A stretch of 64,000 nucleotides of DNA from an uncultured Alphaproteobacteria bacterium (GCA_963844505.1 CAWJOY010000030.1:11269-75268), one strand, 5' to 3'. Positions 11,337-21,772 are shown, counted from the stretch's first letter. Notes: generated by a model from the sequence alone, not told the origin. Program-made: numbers and translations.

Positions 11337-11370
11337 TGGTTGCGCTAACCCGAAGATGGTTGCGCTAACT
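11337..11370. promoter_or_regulatory. Tandem LacI-family (CceR-like) operators between chvI and pckA
   Basis: TGGTTGCGCTAAC at 11337 and 11357 (20-bp period), each an imperfect GTTAGCGCTAAC palindrome. Confidence 0.6.
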
Positions 11371-11520
11371 GTGCCAAACCGTCCTATTCCCGCGAAAACA
11401 CCCATGATATACGGGACTTAGGCGGAGCGATTTCTCGCTGCGCCTTGCGCGCCTTTGGCCCGGCGCGCCTTTATCTGGATAAAATCGCCCCCAAAGTGGC
11501 GGCAATCAGGAGCTTGCAGG

Positions 11521-13119
11521 ATGACAAATGGACGTGTGAACCCTTCAAAACGGCTAGAGAGCCAAGGCTTCGCTGATTTGGGGAACGTCTATTACAACTA
11601 TCTCGAGCCAGCCTTGGTCGAGGCCGCTGTAAAACGCGGCGAAGGCACGCTTGGGAAGGGGGGCGCTTTCCTCTGTTCTACCGGTCAGTTTACTGGCCGC
11701 TCACCTAAAGATAAGTTTGTCGTCCGGACCCCTTCGGTCGAAAACACCATCTGGTGGGAAAACAACGCGGCGATGGAGCCTGCGGCGTTTGACCGTCTTT
11801 ATGCCGATATGCTCGACCACATGAAGGGGCGTGACTACTTTGTGCAGGATCTCTTCGGCGGCGCGGATCCGGTGCATCGGTTGGACGTGCGGGTTATCAC
11901 CGAATTGGCGTGGCACGGGTTGTTCATCCGCCACTTGCTGCGTCGCCCAGAGCGCGCCGAGCTTGACAACTTTGTGCCTGAATGGACCGTGGTGAACTGC
12001 CCCAGCTTTGAGGCTGACCCCGCCAAGCACGGTTGCCGCAGCACGACGGTCATTGCGCTTAACTTCGACAAAAAGGTCATCTTGATCGCCAATACCGCCT
12101 ATGCGGGCGAGAACAAGAAGGCCGTGTTCACGCTGTTGAACTATCTGCTGCCCGAAAAGGGTGTGATGCCGATGCACTGCTCGGCCAACCATGCGATTGG
12201 CGACCCAACCGATACGGCGATTTTCTTTGGCCTGTCGGGCACTGGAAAAACCACGCTCTCGGCGGATCCGTCGCGGATTTTGATTGGCGATGACGAGCAT
12301 GGATGGTCTGAAACCGGCACCTTCAATTTTGAGGGCGGCTGCTATGCCAAGACCATCAACCTCTCTGCAGAGGCCGAGCCCGAAATTTATGGCACCACCT
12401 CCAAGTTCGGCACCGTGGTCGAGAATATGGTCTTTGATCCCGAGACCTTGGAGCTTGATTTCGACGACGCAAGCCTGACACAAAACATGCGCTGCGCTTA
12501 TCCGCTTGAGTATATCTCGAATGCCTCAAGCACAGGGATGGGCGGCGCGCCGAAGAATGTGATCATGCTGACCTGTGACGCTTATGGCGTGCTGCCGCCA
12601 ATCGCGCGGCTGACACCGGCGCAGGCGATGTATCACTTCTTGTCGGGTTTCACCTCGAAAACACCGGGGACCGAGCGGGGCGTTTTGGAACCAACACCGA
12701 CCTTCTCGACCTGCTTTGGTGCGCCGTTCATGCCGCGCCGCCCCGAAGTCTATGGCAAGCTGCTGCAAGAAAAGATCGCAGAGCAAGGCGCGACCTGCTG
12801 GCTGGTCAACACGGGCTGGACGGGTGGGGCCTTTGGGACGGGCAAGCGGATGCCGATCAAGGCGACGCGGGCTTTGCTGACAGCAGCGCTGGATGGATCG
12901 TTGGCCAAAGCCCGATTCCGCCGCGATCCGAACTTTGGCTTTGAGGTGCCCGAGGCGCTTGCGGGCGTCGACAGCACCTTGCTTGACCCGCGCGCGACGT
13001 GGGACGACAAGGCTGCCTATGATGCGCAGGCGCAAAAGCTGGTGGGCATGTTCGCCGAGAACTTTGGCCAATATGTGCCGTTCATCGACGCTGACGTGAA
13101 GGCGGCTGCCATCGGTTAG
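11521..13119 (+). CDS. pckA: Phosphoenolpyruvate carboxykinase (ATP)
   Basis: [39 protein letters not shown]; RBS AGGAG before ATG 11521. Confidence 0.97.
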   Translation: MTNGRVNPSKRLESQGFADLGNVYYNYLEPALVEAAVKRGEGTLGKGGAFLCSTGQFTGRSPKDKFVVRTPSVENTIWWENNAAMEPAAFDRLYADMLDHMKGRDYFVQDLFGGADPVHRLDVRVITELAWHGLFIRHLLRRPERAELDNFVPEWTVVNCPSFEADPAKHGCRSTTVIALNFDKKVILIANTAYAGENKKAVFTLLNYLLPEKGVMPMHCSANHAIGDPTDTAIFFGLSGTGKTTLSADPSRILIGDDEHGWSETGTFNFEGGCYAKTINLSAEAEPEIYGTTSKFGTVVENMVFDPETLELDFDDASLTQNMRCAYPLEYISNASSTGMGGAPKNVIMLTCDAYGVLPPIARLTPAQAMYHFLSGFTSKTPGTERGVLEPTPTFSTCFGAPFMPRRPEVYGKLLQEKIAEQGATCWLVNTGWTGGAFGTGKRMPIKATRALLTAALDGSLAKARFRRDPNFGFEVPEALAGVDSTLLDPRATWDDKAAYDAQAQKLVGMFAENFGQYVPFIDADVKAAAIG

Positions 13120-13127
13120 GCTTAACA

Positions 13128-13164
13128 GAAAGGGGCGCGTCACAGCGTGTGGCGCGCCCCTTTC
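13128..13164. terminator. Bidirectional intrinsic terminator
   Basis: GAAAGGGGCGCGTCAC...GTGGCGCGCCCCTTTC hairpin between convergent genes. Confidence 0.8.
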
Positions 13165-13170
13165 CCTGCA

Positions 13171-13959
13171 TCAAAGCCCGAAGCCACGACGCAGCAAATT
13201 CAGCCCCGTCGCCAAAAGCAGCAACTGCGTCCAGCGTCGAAACAGCTTTTGATCCAGACGGTCCTGGACCAAATACCCAAACGCCAAGCCAACCACCGCA
13301 GGCAAAACCAGCGTCGCCGCAAACGGCAAGCTGGTGGCATTCAGCACACCAGAATGTAAATGCGATCCGGTCAAAAACACCGCGCCAATCAAGAACACTA
13401 CGCCCTGCGCCCGAATGGTCTCTTGTTTATCCGTTCCCGTTGCCAACAGATAGACGATCAGCGGCGGCCCCCAAATTCCCGACAGCCCCCCATAAAGCCC
13501 GCCGATGACGCCCGCGATCCACTCTACCGGCGCACGCCACGCCGCGCGGATCGCCAGCTTGGCTCCGCTCAACTGATAGCTGACAAACCCCGAGATCAGC
13601 ACCCCCAGCGCCAACAGCAACGCCTGTTGCGGGACCACATCAACAAACTGCGCCGACACAACGATGAACACGACCGTGCCGACCAAAAAGCGATAATACT
13701 TGCGTGCCGAAGCCACCGCTGGCCCCCACCCCTGCCGGAACGCCTGCGCAATATTCGTCACCAGCGTCGGCAAGATCAGCCCTGCAAGCGCAAGCTCGGG
13801 AGGTAAAAATGACGAAAACGCCGAGACCATGATCAGCGGCATGGCAAAACCAATCGCCCCTTTCACAAAGCCCGCAAGCAAAGTCACGGCAATCGCCGCC
13901 CAAAAGGCCTCGGGCGGCAGTCCCGCCATCAAAATTTGCATAAAATCCTCATTTTTCAC
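13171..13959 (-). CDS. TauE/SafE (sulfite exporter) family membrane protein; start uncertain
   Basis: AGFVKGAIGFAMP and GGLSGIWGPP, multiple TM helices. Confidence 0.85.
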   Translation of the reverse strand: MKNEDFMQILMAGLPPEAFWAAIAVTLLAGFVKGAIGFAMPLIMVSAFSSFLPPELALAGLILPTLVTNIAQAFRQGWGPAVASARKYYRFLVGTVVFIVVSAQFVDVVPQQALLLALGVLISGFVSYQLSGAKLAIRAAWRAPVEWIAGVIGGLYGGLSGIWGPPLIVYLLATGTDKQETIRAQGVVFLIGAVFLTGSHLHSGVLNATSLPFAATLVLPAVVGLAFGYLVQDRLDQKLFRRWTQLLLLATGLNLLRRGFGL

Positions 13960-14045
13960 CTAACTGACGTAAGTGCCTGAAAAGAGGAAGCCTTGACCCG
14001 CCTGCAACAAGCGGTTTTGATCAAAGAAAGTTCAGGGAGAACCTT

Positions 14046-14573
14046 ATGCGCTCAGTTTTGTTCGTTTTGGCGACGCTTTCGTTTGGAATGCTGTCTGCGG
14101 CGGCACTTGCAGCGCAGCCTGCAACACCCGAGATGGGCAATCGCATCACTGCCCTCACCGCTGGCGTTTTGTGCACCCCGCGCGTCACCGAGCGCGCCGA
14201 AGCCCCCGACACCACGCTTGGCTTTACGGGCGTCGTGACAGATACCCCGAAGTTTACCTTTGAACAACAACAGGTTCCGGCGACCTTGGGGATGACGTTT
14301 GGCCTCATCTACACGCCAAAATTCGCGCTGATTAATGTGCGCAATTTGACCTATCGCCCCAATGCGACCGAACCTGATGTGTTCTATTCGGACGTGTTAG
14401 ACCGCGCTGATCGCTTTCGTGGCTTTAGCTTTGACTACGCCAACGAGCTGGCTTTGGGGGTGTGGCGGCTTGAGGGTTGGCAAGGCGACGTGATGCTGTA
14501 CCGAGTCGAATTCGAAGTGGTAGCGCCCGAAAAACTGCCCGAAGTTTCGGCCTATTGCATGGGCATGTCCTAA
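14046..14573 (+). CDS. Exported protein, DUF3859-like
   Basis: Signal peptide; VPATLGMTFG, ELALGVWRLEG, YRVEFEV; RBS GGAG. Confidence 0.65.
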   Translation: MRSVLFVLATLSFGMLSAAALAAQPATPEMGNRITALTAGVLCTPRVTERAEAPDTTLGFTGVVTDTPKFTFEQQQVPATLGMTFGLIYTPKFALINVRNLTYRPNATEPDVFYSDVLDRADRFRGFSFDYANELALGVWRLEGWQGDVMLYRVEFEVVAPEKLPEVSAYCMGMS

Positions 14574-14703
14574 GCAGGTGGGCCGCGCCCAAAATTGCAC
14601 GCGACATTTTAGACCGATTATCACCAATGCAACGAAAGTATATTGCGCTGCGACTGCGAAAAGGGTAGCTCTTTTGCAGGTGCAGAAACTTTGAGGTCTT
14701 AAG

Positions 14704-16371
14704 ATGGCTCAGGATGGCGCGATGGCCTTCGAAACGGTAGTTTTGGCAGATATTCTAGGGCTGACAGCCGCAGCCTTGCCTGAGGTCGAGACGATTTTCA
14801 CCGCTGGTCGCGAGTCGCTGCGCGCGATGGTGACGCGGGACGGTCGAATTTCTAACGCAGCACTGGAAGAGCATCAGTTCGCCGCGCATTGCCTGTCTTG
14901 GCTGGCGACCTACACGCAGGGCCTTCAGCAGATGCAGGCTTGGGCCATGCGTTTGGACAGCGACGGTACCTTCGGCGCCATGGAGGCTTTGATCCTTCAG
15001 ATCGGCTTTGGCGAGTATCTGACCCAAATTTATTCAGGGATTCCAATGTCTCAGGGAGAGACCGCGCGGCTGCAGGACCTGCGCATTCTTCCTGCGCCAG
15101 CAGGAGCGGCGGCGGCTTGTCTTATGGCCCAAGGCAATACTGCCGCCGCTCGGATGGCTTTGGTTGCGCTGATGCAGGACAATCACGGGCGGGCGACATT
15201 CGGTGCGTCTGGCTTGAACGAAGAGCTGGAAATGATCCGCGACACCTTCCGCCGCTTTGCCGACGAAGAGGTGATGCCGCACGCGCACGGTTGGCATCTG
15301 CGCGACGAGCTTATCCCGATGGAGATCATCGAAAAGCTGGCAGAGATGGGGGTTTTCGGCCTGACAATTCCCGAAGAGTTCGGCGGCTTTGGTCTGTCCA
15401 AGGCCTCGATGGTGGTGGTCAGCGAAGAGCTGTCGCGCGGCTATATCGGCGTCGGATCGTTGGCAACACGGTCGGAAATCGCGGCCGAACTGATCCTTTG
15501 CGGCGGCACTGACGCGCAGAAAGCGGCGTGGCTGCCCAAGCTTGCCAGCGGTGAGATCTTGCCCACCGCCGTGTTCACCGAACCGAATACAGGCTCGGAT
15601 TTGGGCGCCTTGCGCACGCGGGCGGTCAAGTCGGGCGATGACTATGTGGTGACGGGCAACAAGACGTGGATCACCCATGCCGCGCGCACGCATGTGATGA
15701 CGCTCTTGGCGCGTACCGACCCAAACAGCAGCGATTACAAAGGTCTAAGCATGTTTCTGGCTGAAAAGCAGCCCGGCACAGACGAAGTCCCCTTCCCCAC
15801 TAAGGGCATGACCGGTGGCGAGATCGAGGTGCTGGGGTATCGCGGTATGAAGGAATACGAGCTGGCGTTTGACGGCTTTGCGGTCAAGGGCGAGAACCTT
15901 TTGGGCGGCGTCGAGGGGCAAGGATTTAAGCAGCTGATGCAGACCTTTAAATCCGCGCGCATCCAGACGGGGGCGCGGGCGATCGGGGTGGCGCAGTCGG
16001 CGCTAGAGATCGGGATGAAATATGCCCAAGAGCGCAAGCAGTTCGGCAAATCACTGATCGACTTTCCGCGCATTGCTGGAAAACTGGCGATGATGGCGGT
16101 CGAGATCATGATTGCACGCCAGCTCACCTATTTCTCGGCATGGCAGAAAGACCACGACAAGCGGTGCGACCTAGAGGCAGGGATGGCCAAGCTGTTGGGC
16201 GCGCGGGTGGCTTGGGCCGCGGCCGATAACGCGCTGCAAATCCACGGTGGCAACGGCTTTGCGCTCGAGTATCAGATCAGCCGGATTCTCTGTGATGCCC
16301 GTATCCTCAACATCTTTGAGGGCGCGGCAGAAATTCAGGCGCAGGTGATTGCACGGCGATTGCTGGACTAA
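14704..16371 (+). CDS. mcd: Acyl-CoA dehydrogenase, (2S)-methylsuccinyl-CoA dehydrogenase type
   Basis: 555 aa with N-terminal extension (LEEHQFAAH.LSWLATY), VFTEPNTGSDLG, EIEVLGYRGMKEY, IFEGAAEIQ; near pckA as in Rhodobacter. Confidence 0.8.
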   Translation: MAQDGAMAFETVVLADILGLTAAALPEVETIFTAGRESLRAMVTRDGRISNAALEEHQFAAHCLSWLATYTQGLQQMQAWAMRLDSDGTFGAMEALILQIGFGEYLTQIYSGIPMSQGETARLQDLRILPAPAGAAAACLMAQGNTAAARMALVALMQDNHGRATFGASGLNEELEMIRDTFRRFADEEVMPHAHGWHLRDELIPMEIIEKLAEMGVFGLTIPEEFGGFGLSKASMVVVSEELSRGYIGVGSLATRSEIAAELILCGGTDAQKAAWLPKLASGEILPTAVFTEPNTGSDLGALRTRAVKSGDDYVVTGNKTWITHAARTHVMTLLARTDPNSSDYKGLSMFLAEKQPGTDEVPFPTKGMTGGEIEVLGYRGMKEYELAFDGFAVKGENLLGGVEGQGFKQLMQTFKSARIQTGARAIGVAQSALEIGMKYAQERKQFGKSLIDFPRIAGKLAMMAVEIMIARQLTYFSAWQKDHDKRCDLEAGMAKLLGARVAWAAADNALQIHGGNGFALEYQISRILCDARILNIFEGAAEIQAQVIARRLLD

Positions 16372-17582
16372 GACCCCAAGCGCTGCGCCCCAAGTCGCGG
16401 GTGCAGCCGTCCCGCGATACCAAAGGCGGCGGCAAAGGCCAGCCCCGATGCCGCAAAGATAAAGCCAAGCGGCGCGACCCACAGCACCAGCCACGCCATC
16501 CCCGGCGTGGCGATGCCAGAGACATCGCGAAAGCTGGAATAGACCGCGGCCATCTCAGACCGCTCTGACGGTTTCACCGACATCATGAACGGCAACCCGC
16601 CCGCAACGTCCAGCATAACCAGACCAAACGACCCAAAGAACAAAAACGCCATCGTCATCTGCGGCAGGCTGGCCGTCGCGGCCACCGTCGCCAAGCAAAA
16701 CAGCACGGCGCAATAGGCAAGCGTCCGTCGCATCGCCAGCCGAACCGAGCGCTTGCGCACCCAAGCCGCCATAAAGGGCGACAACAGCAGCGTCGCATTT
16801 GATGTCGACAGCAGCATACCGCCAAGCTTGTCCCCCAACCCGTTCTCGATGCAAAAAATCGGGACATAGACGACATAGACCCACCAGCCGCAGCTGCGGA
16901 TCACCGCAAACAGCCAACCCGCAATCAAGCGCGGCTGTTGAAAAAACCGCCCCAGATAGGCCAGCGGGTTGACGGCTGGCCCTTTGGCACGGCTGATCTG
17001 CTTGCCATTGCCCAACCGCAACAGCCAAAACACCACCAACAGCACGATGGCAAAAACGCCCGCGACGATGAACGGCAGCGGGGCCCAAAGGCTGCGCAGA
17101 TAGACGCCGCTCAGCGGACCAATCGCCCAAGGCGCCGCCGCATACAGCATTTGCAGGCTTTGCGTCCGCCCCAAATCCAAGCGCGCCACATAGTCTAAAA
17201 CATAGGCGTTAAAGCACACGAAACAGGTCACGGTCGCCATCGACATGGTCAAAATCGCCAGCGGCACTGTGATCGGCGTGCCAACCATAAACAGCGCCAT
17301 CGCCACCAGATACAGAACGCAACCGCCCGAATAGACATAGCGGCGCGGCCAGATTTGCGTCAGTCGCGGCACCAACAGCCCCCAAAACAGCGTAATCACC
17401 CCCGAGGTAAAATACACCGTCGAAAGGTCCTGCGCCGAGCCAAAGGCATCATAAACCGCAATCGGAATAGTCGAGATGAGCATACCGCGCACGGCGGCCT
17501 CGATGCCGGCAAGCAGCGCAAAATGCTGAAGCTTGGGCGTGCCTGCGTGACGCAGCGTGATGGGTTGATACCTGAGAGCCAT
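16368..17582 (-). CDS. MFS transporter
   Basis: About 12 hydrophobic segments with MFS-like loop motifs. Confidence 0.8.
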   Translation of the reverse strand: MALRYQPITLRHAGTPKLQHFALLAGIEAAVRGMLISTIPIAVYDAFGSAQDLSTVYFTSGVITLFWGLLVPRLTQIWPRRYVYSGGCVLYLVAMALFMVGTPITVPLAILTMSMATVTCFVCFNAYVLDYVARLDLGRTQSLQMLYAAAPWAIGPLSGVYLRSLWAPLPFIVAGVFAIVLLVVFWLLRLGNGKQISRAKGPAVNPLAYLGRFFQQPRLIAGWLFAVIRSCGWWVYVVYVPIFCIENGLGDKLGGMLLSTSNATLLLSPFMAAWVRKRSVRLAMRRTLAYCAVLFCLATVAATASLPQMTMAFLFFGSFGLVMLDVAGGLPFMMSVKPSERSEMAAVYSSFRDVSGIATPGMAWLVLWVAPLGFIFAASGLAFAAAFGIAGRLHPRLGAQRLGS

Positions 17583-17648
17583 ACCGCATGCTCGGCCGCG
17601 CAAAGGTTTGGGTCAACGCCTCTGGCGACACGAGATGTCGGCTTTGCG

Positions 17649-18371
17649 TCAAACTTCGCGGGCCAGCAACGCCACCAGCCGATTGCGCGCCTCGGGCAAA
17701 GGTTTGCCATTCAGCAGCGGCACCAAAGCGCGGTCCAAGAAATGCCCCGTGATTGCAAGACCTTGGCTCCGCTCTTGCACGCTCGCAGGCCCCTGCCCTA
17801 ACAGCATCGGCGGCAAAGGCAGCAAACGCGGCGCCCAATCGGCCGCGGCTTGGCGCGATACGGCGCGACCTGTTTTCGGACTGACATAGGCCAGATCCTC
17901 ACGACTGCCGGTGATCGCGCAACGGCTGAGATCAAGGCCATAGCCAAGGTCCTCTAGCAACCGCATTTCCCAGCGCAGATAAGTCAGAGGCCAGTCGCGC
18001 GCGGCTTGAAGCGCATCCAAGAGCGCGATCGAGGCACGGTAAAGTTCGGGGTGCGGCTCGCGGTCGGGCAAGGCCACGTGCAGCAGCGCGCAGGTCGCAT
18101 TTAACCCCGCCAAGGCCAATCGGTCGGCCAAAACGCCTGCTCGGCTTTGCAGCGGCTCGACACGATAACTGCCGATCTGATCGTCAAGCCGCGCGCGCCA
18201 CGTCACCTCGACTTGGCTGCCCGGCTGAAGCGTTGCGGCCATCCGACGGGACGCGCCCCCGCGCACGACGCCCGCGTGGCGGCCATGCTGGGCGGTGAAC
18301 ACTTCGATGATTGCCGAGGTTTCGCCATGCAAGCGCATCGACAAAACCGCCCCCTGATCGCGCCATTCCAT
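17649..18371 (-). CDS. recO: DNA repair protein RecO
   Basis: [42 protein letters not shown]. Confidence 0.95.
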   Translation of the reverse strand: MEWRDQGAVLSMRLHGETSAIIEVFTAQHGRHAGVVRGGASRRMAATLQPGSQVEVTWRARLDDQIGSYRVEPLQSRAGVLADRLALAGLNATCALLHVALPDREPHPELYRASIALLDALQAARDWPLTYLRWEMRLLEDLGYGLDLSRCAITGSREDLAYVSPKTGRAVSRQAAADWAPRLLPLPPMLLGQGPASVQERSQGLAITGHFLDRALVPLLNGKPLPEARNRLVALLAREV

Positions 18372-18398
18372 CGGTCGATTATTGGCGAGCGGCGGACA

Positions 18399-18731
18399 TC
18401 AGTCCAGCCCCTCTTGATCCAGCAAGGTCCTGCCGTCACGGTCCTCGATCTCGATCAGCCAGAGATCGCGGTCGCGCGCGCGCTGACGCGCCAGTAGGGC
18501 GTCGACCTCGGCCTCGGCCCCTTGCGCCAAAGTCACCCAAACGCGGCGGTCGGCATTGAGATCATAGCTGCGTTGAAAGGCTTGCGCCTGACCGTCAAGC
18601 GTTGCCAGCTTGACCAAGATCGCGCCTGCCGTAGCATCCCCGCGCGCCGTAAGGTACGCGGGGATATTGGCAAAACGCAGCCGCGCCAGATAGGCCGAAA
18701 CCCAAAGATCAGAGGTCAGCCGCGCGGTCAT
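18399..18731 (-). CDS. DUF1491 family protein
   Basis: RLTSDLWVSAY, RGDATAGAI, DRDLWLIEIEDR; conserved between era and recO. Confidence 0.88.
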   Translation of the reverse strand: MTARLTSDLWVSAYLARLRFANIPAYLTARGDATAGAILVKLATLDGQAQAFQRSYDLNADRRVWVTLAQGAEAEVDALLARQRARDRDLWLIEIEDRDGRTLLDQEGLD

Positions 18732-18743
18732 AAGAAGCGCGCA

Positions 18744-19661
18744 CTAGGCATCGCCGTCTTTATACTCAAGACCCATTTCCGAATAGCGCTCGGGTTCGTT
18801 TTCCCAGTTCGGGCGAACTTTGACCTGAAGAAACAGGTGCACGGTGCGATCAAGGAATTCCGAAATCTCGGCGCGAGCGGACTGGCCTATGGCCTTGATC
18901 GTCTCGCCCTTATTGCCCAAGACGATGCCTTTGTGACCGTCGCGGCCAACATAGATAATCTGGTCAATACGGGTCGAGCCGTCTTTTTTGTCCTGCCACT
19001 GCTCGGTCTCGACGGTCAGCTGATAGGGAAGCTCTTCGTGAAGACGCAGGGTCAGTTTCTCGCGGGTGATTTCGGCGGCAATCATGCGCATCGGCAGATC
19101 GGCGATTTGATCTTCGGGATAGAACCACGGGCCGAAAGGGATCTGCTCGGCCAGCCACGCGCGCAGATCCTGCACGCCATAGCCCTTTTCTGCAGAAATC
19201 ATAAAGGTCTTCGCGAACGGGAAAGCCTCGTTCATTTTCTCGGCCAGCTTGAGCAAAACTTCGGCTTTGACGCGGTCAATCTTGTTGATCGCAAGCGCAA
19301 CGGGGCGATCTTTTGGCAGCTCGTCGCGCATCCGCTCCACGATCAACTCGGCGCCCTCGGTCAGCCCGCGGTGCGCCTCAATCAGCATCACGATCACGTC
19401 AGCATCCGTAGCACCGCCCCAAGCGGCCTTCACCATCGCGCGATCAAGCCGGCGCTTGGTGCGGAAAATGCCCGGAGTGTCGACGAAAACGATCTGCGAG
19501 GTCCCCTCCATCGCAACGCCGCGAATACGGGTGCGCGTGGTCTGCACTTTGTGCGTCACGATCGAAACCTTGGCCCCGACCATACGGTTGAGCAGGGTCG
19601 ATTTGCCGGCATTAGGCTCACCAATTAGGGCCACAAAGCCAGCGCGGGTGGTTTCGGTCAT
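18744..19661 (-). CDS. era: GTPase Era
   Basis: GEPNAGKSTL, DTPG, NKID, KH domain. Confidence 0.97.
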   Translation of the reverse strand: MTETTRAGFVALIGEPNAGKSTLLNRMVGAKVSIVTHKVQTTRTRIRGVAMEGTSQIVFVDTPGIFRTKRRLDRAMVKAAWGGATDADVIVMLIEAHRGLTEGAELIVERMRDELPKDRPVALAINKIDRVKAEVLLKLAEKMNEAFPFAKTFMISAEKGYGVQDLRAWLAEQIPFGPWFYPEDQIADLPMRMIAAEITREKLTLRLHEELPYQLTVETEQWQDKKDGSTRIDQIIYVGRDGHKGIVLGNKGETIKAIGQSARAEISEFLDRTVHLFLQVKVRPNWENEPERYSEMGLEYKDGDA

Positions 19662-19745
19662 CTTTTCCTCATCTTTTGCAGTCTGCCGCATAGTCGATTG
19701 GGCAGCGATTGACCAGTTATATCACGAAAACCCCAGCAAAGCAGG

Positions 19746-20438
19746 TCACTCTGGCGCAGATTGTTCCATACGGGTGAGCAAGGCACGCGCCGCAGTTTGC
19801 TCGGCAACACGCTTGGACCCTGCACGCGCGGATTCGGCACAGCCATTGGCCAGCGTCACTTTGACAGTAAAGATCGGCTGATGGTCAGGGCCTTCGCGCG
19901 CCTCTTCGGTATAGGCCGGCGGCGGCATCGCACGGGCCTGCGCCCATTCTTGCAGCGAAGTTTTCGGGTCGCGGGCGTCTTGCTCGACCGCGCCGATGCG
20001 ATTGCCCCAAAGCCGCAGCACCAGCGCGCGTGCCGCGTCAAAGCCTGCGTCAAGGTAAACGGCCGCGATCACAGCCTCCATCGCGTCGCCAAGCAGCGCC
20101 TCTTTGCGCCGCCCACCGGACAGCATCTCGGACCTGCCCAGCTTGAGCACGTCGCCAAGACCGATCTCGCGGGCAACCTCGGCACAGGTTTCCTTGCGCA
20201 CCAAGGCGTTAAAGCGCGGCGCAAGCTGCCCCTCGGAGGCGCCTTTGTCCGCGCCAAGCAGCGCTTCGGACATCACCAGCCCCAACACGCGATCGCCCAA
20301 AAACTCGAGCCGCTGGTTGTCGGGCCGCGTTGCAGAAGAGATCGACGCATGTGTCACCGAACGCAGCAGCAGCTCTGGCGAGCGAAAGGCGTGGCCGATG
20401 CGGGTCTCGAAGGATTTCAGGTCAGCCGAGATTTTCAT
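19746..20438 (-). CDS. rnc: Ribonuclease III
   Basis: [12 protein letters not shown] and ds[14 protein letters not shown]. Confidence 0.97.
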   Translation of the reverse strand: MKISADLKSFETRIGHAFRSPELLLRSVTHASISSATRPDNQRLEFLGDRVLGLVMSEALLGADKGASEGQLAPRFNALVRKETCAEVAREIGLGDVLKLGRSEMLSGGRRKEALLGDAMEAVIAAVYLDAGFDAARALVLRLWGNRIGAVEQDARDPKTSLQEWAQARAMPPPAYTEEAREGPDHQPIFTVKVTLANGCAESARAGSKRVAEQTAARALLTRMEQSAPE

Positions 20439-20528
20439 GTCAGATCAACGCCAAAAATGCACGAGCCCCGCGCGAGCGAGGCCGATGCTGTGAGTGTGAA
20501 AAAGGGAATACGAACCGCCATGCGCCGA

Positions 20529-21308
20529 TCATATCACCTTTTTAAAGAAGCGGTCTGCGCGCCATGTCCAGAAATACAGCATGGACTTGCCCGCCGACGA
20601 GAAAATCACGCGATCTGCACGACCCACAAAGTTCTCAAACGGGACGAAGCCCACGCCACCCACGGCTTGCGAAAAGCGGCTGTCTTGCGAGTTGTCGCGG
20701 TTGTCGCCCATAAAGAAATACTGGCCTTCGGGCACGGTAAATACGTCGGTGTTGTCCGCGTAACCGTTGTCCTCGATGTTCAGGATCGAGTGGCTGCGGC
20801 CATTCGGCAAAGTTTCGGTAAAGCGCGAACGGGTGCAGATCGCGCCATCGCCAACGGTGCCGTTTTCACAGCGCGGACGGTTGCCCATCGGCCCCTGCGG
20901 ACCCATCACTTCTTCGAACTGACCATCGAGGGTCTGCGGCACTTCGGCGCCGTTCAGGAACAGCACGCCATCTTTGACCTGAACCTTATCCCCCGGCAGA
21001 CCGATCAGGCGTTTGACGAAATCCGAGCCATTGACGGGGTGGTGAAAGACCACAACATCGCCCCGCTCTGGCAGGCTTGCAAGGATGCGGCCGGAAATCG
21101 GGCAGATCGAGAAGGGGCAAGAATATTTGGAATAGCCATAGGCCATTTTGTTCACGAAGACGAAATCGCCAACCAGCAGCGTGTCTTTCATCGACTCGGA
21201 TGGAATCCAGAACGGTTGGAACAGCAGCGTGCGGAAGGCACCTGCGATCAAAAGCGCGTAGACGACTGTTTTAATCGTCTCGACGATGCCGCCGTCTTTT
21301 TTAGCCAT
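20529..21308 (-). CDS. lepB: Signal peptidase I
   Basis: PFWIPSESM, DFVKRLIGLPGD, MGDNRDNSQDSR. Confidence 0.96.
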   Translation of the reverse strand: MAKKDGGIVETIKTVVYALLIAGAFRTLLFQPFWIPSESMKDTLLVGDFVFVNKMAYGYSKYSCPFSICPISGRILASLPERGDVVVFHHPVNGSDFVKRLIGLPGDKVQVKDGVLFLNGAEVPQTLDGQFEEVMGPQGPMGNRPRCENGTVGDGAICTRSRFTETLPNGRSHSILNIEDNGYADNTDVFTVPEGQYFFMGDNRDNSQDSRFSQAVGGVGFVPFENFVGRADRVIFSSAGKSMLYFWTWRADRFFKKVI

Positions 21309-21358
21309 TACAGGTATCCTCTTGGTTTGGTGCGTTTTGCGCGTGCAAAAGGGTGGAG

Positions 21359-21771
21359 TCAAGTTCGGGCTGGCATAGGCCGCGCCTCGATGACCACGAA
21401 AGCCTGCGCCCAGGGGTGATCGTCGGTCAAAGTCACGTGAATGATCGCCTCGTGGTCGGGCGGCGTCATCGCGGCAAGACGGTCAGCGGCCCAGCCCGTC
21501 AGCTGCATCACCGGCTGCCCCGTGCGCAAGTTGGTCACCGCCATGTCCTTCCACGCAATACCCATCGCAAGCCCCGTACCAAGCGCCTTGGAGCAGGCCT
21601 CTTTCGCGGCCCAGCGTTTGGCATAGGTGGCCGCAATCGCACGCGGTCGAACTCGGCCTTGGCTTGCTCGCGCTCGGTGAAAACCCGCGCTTTGAATCGG
21701 TCGCCATGGCGTTCAAGCACGCCTGCAATCCGGTCGATATTGGCAAGATCAGAGCCGATGCCAAGGATCAT
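21359..21771 (-). CDS. acpS: Holo-ACP synthase, split by a 1-bp deletion at about 21648-21652 (probable sequencing error)
   Basis: MILGIGSDL...VFTEREQ in one frame; [20 protein letters not shown]...HVTLTDD in the next. Confidence 0.9.
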
Positions 21772-21772
21772 G

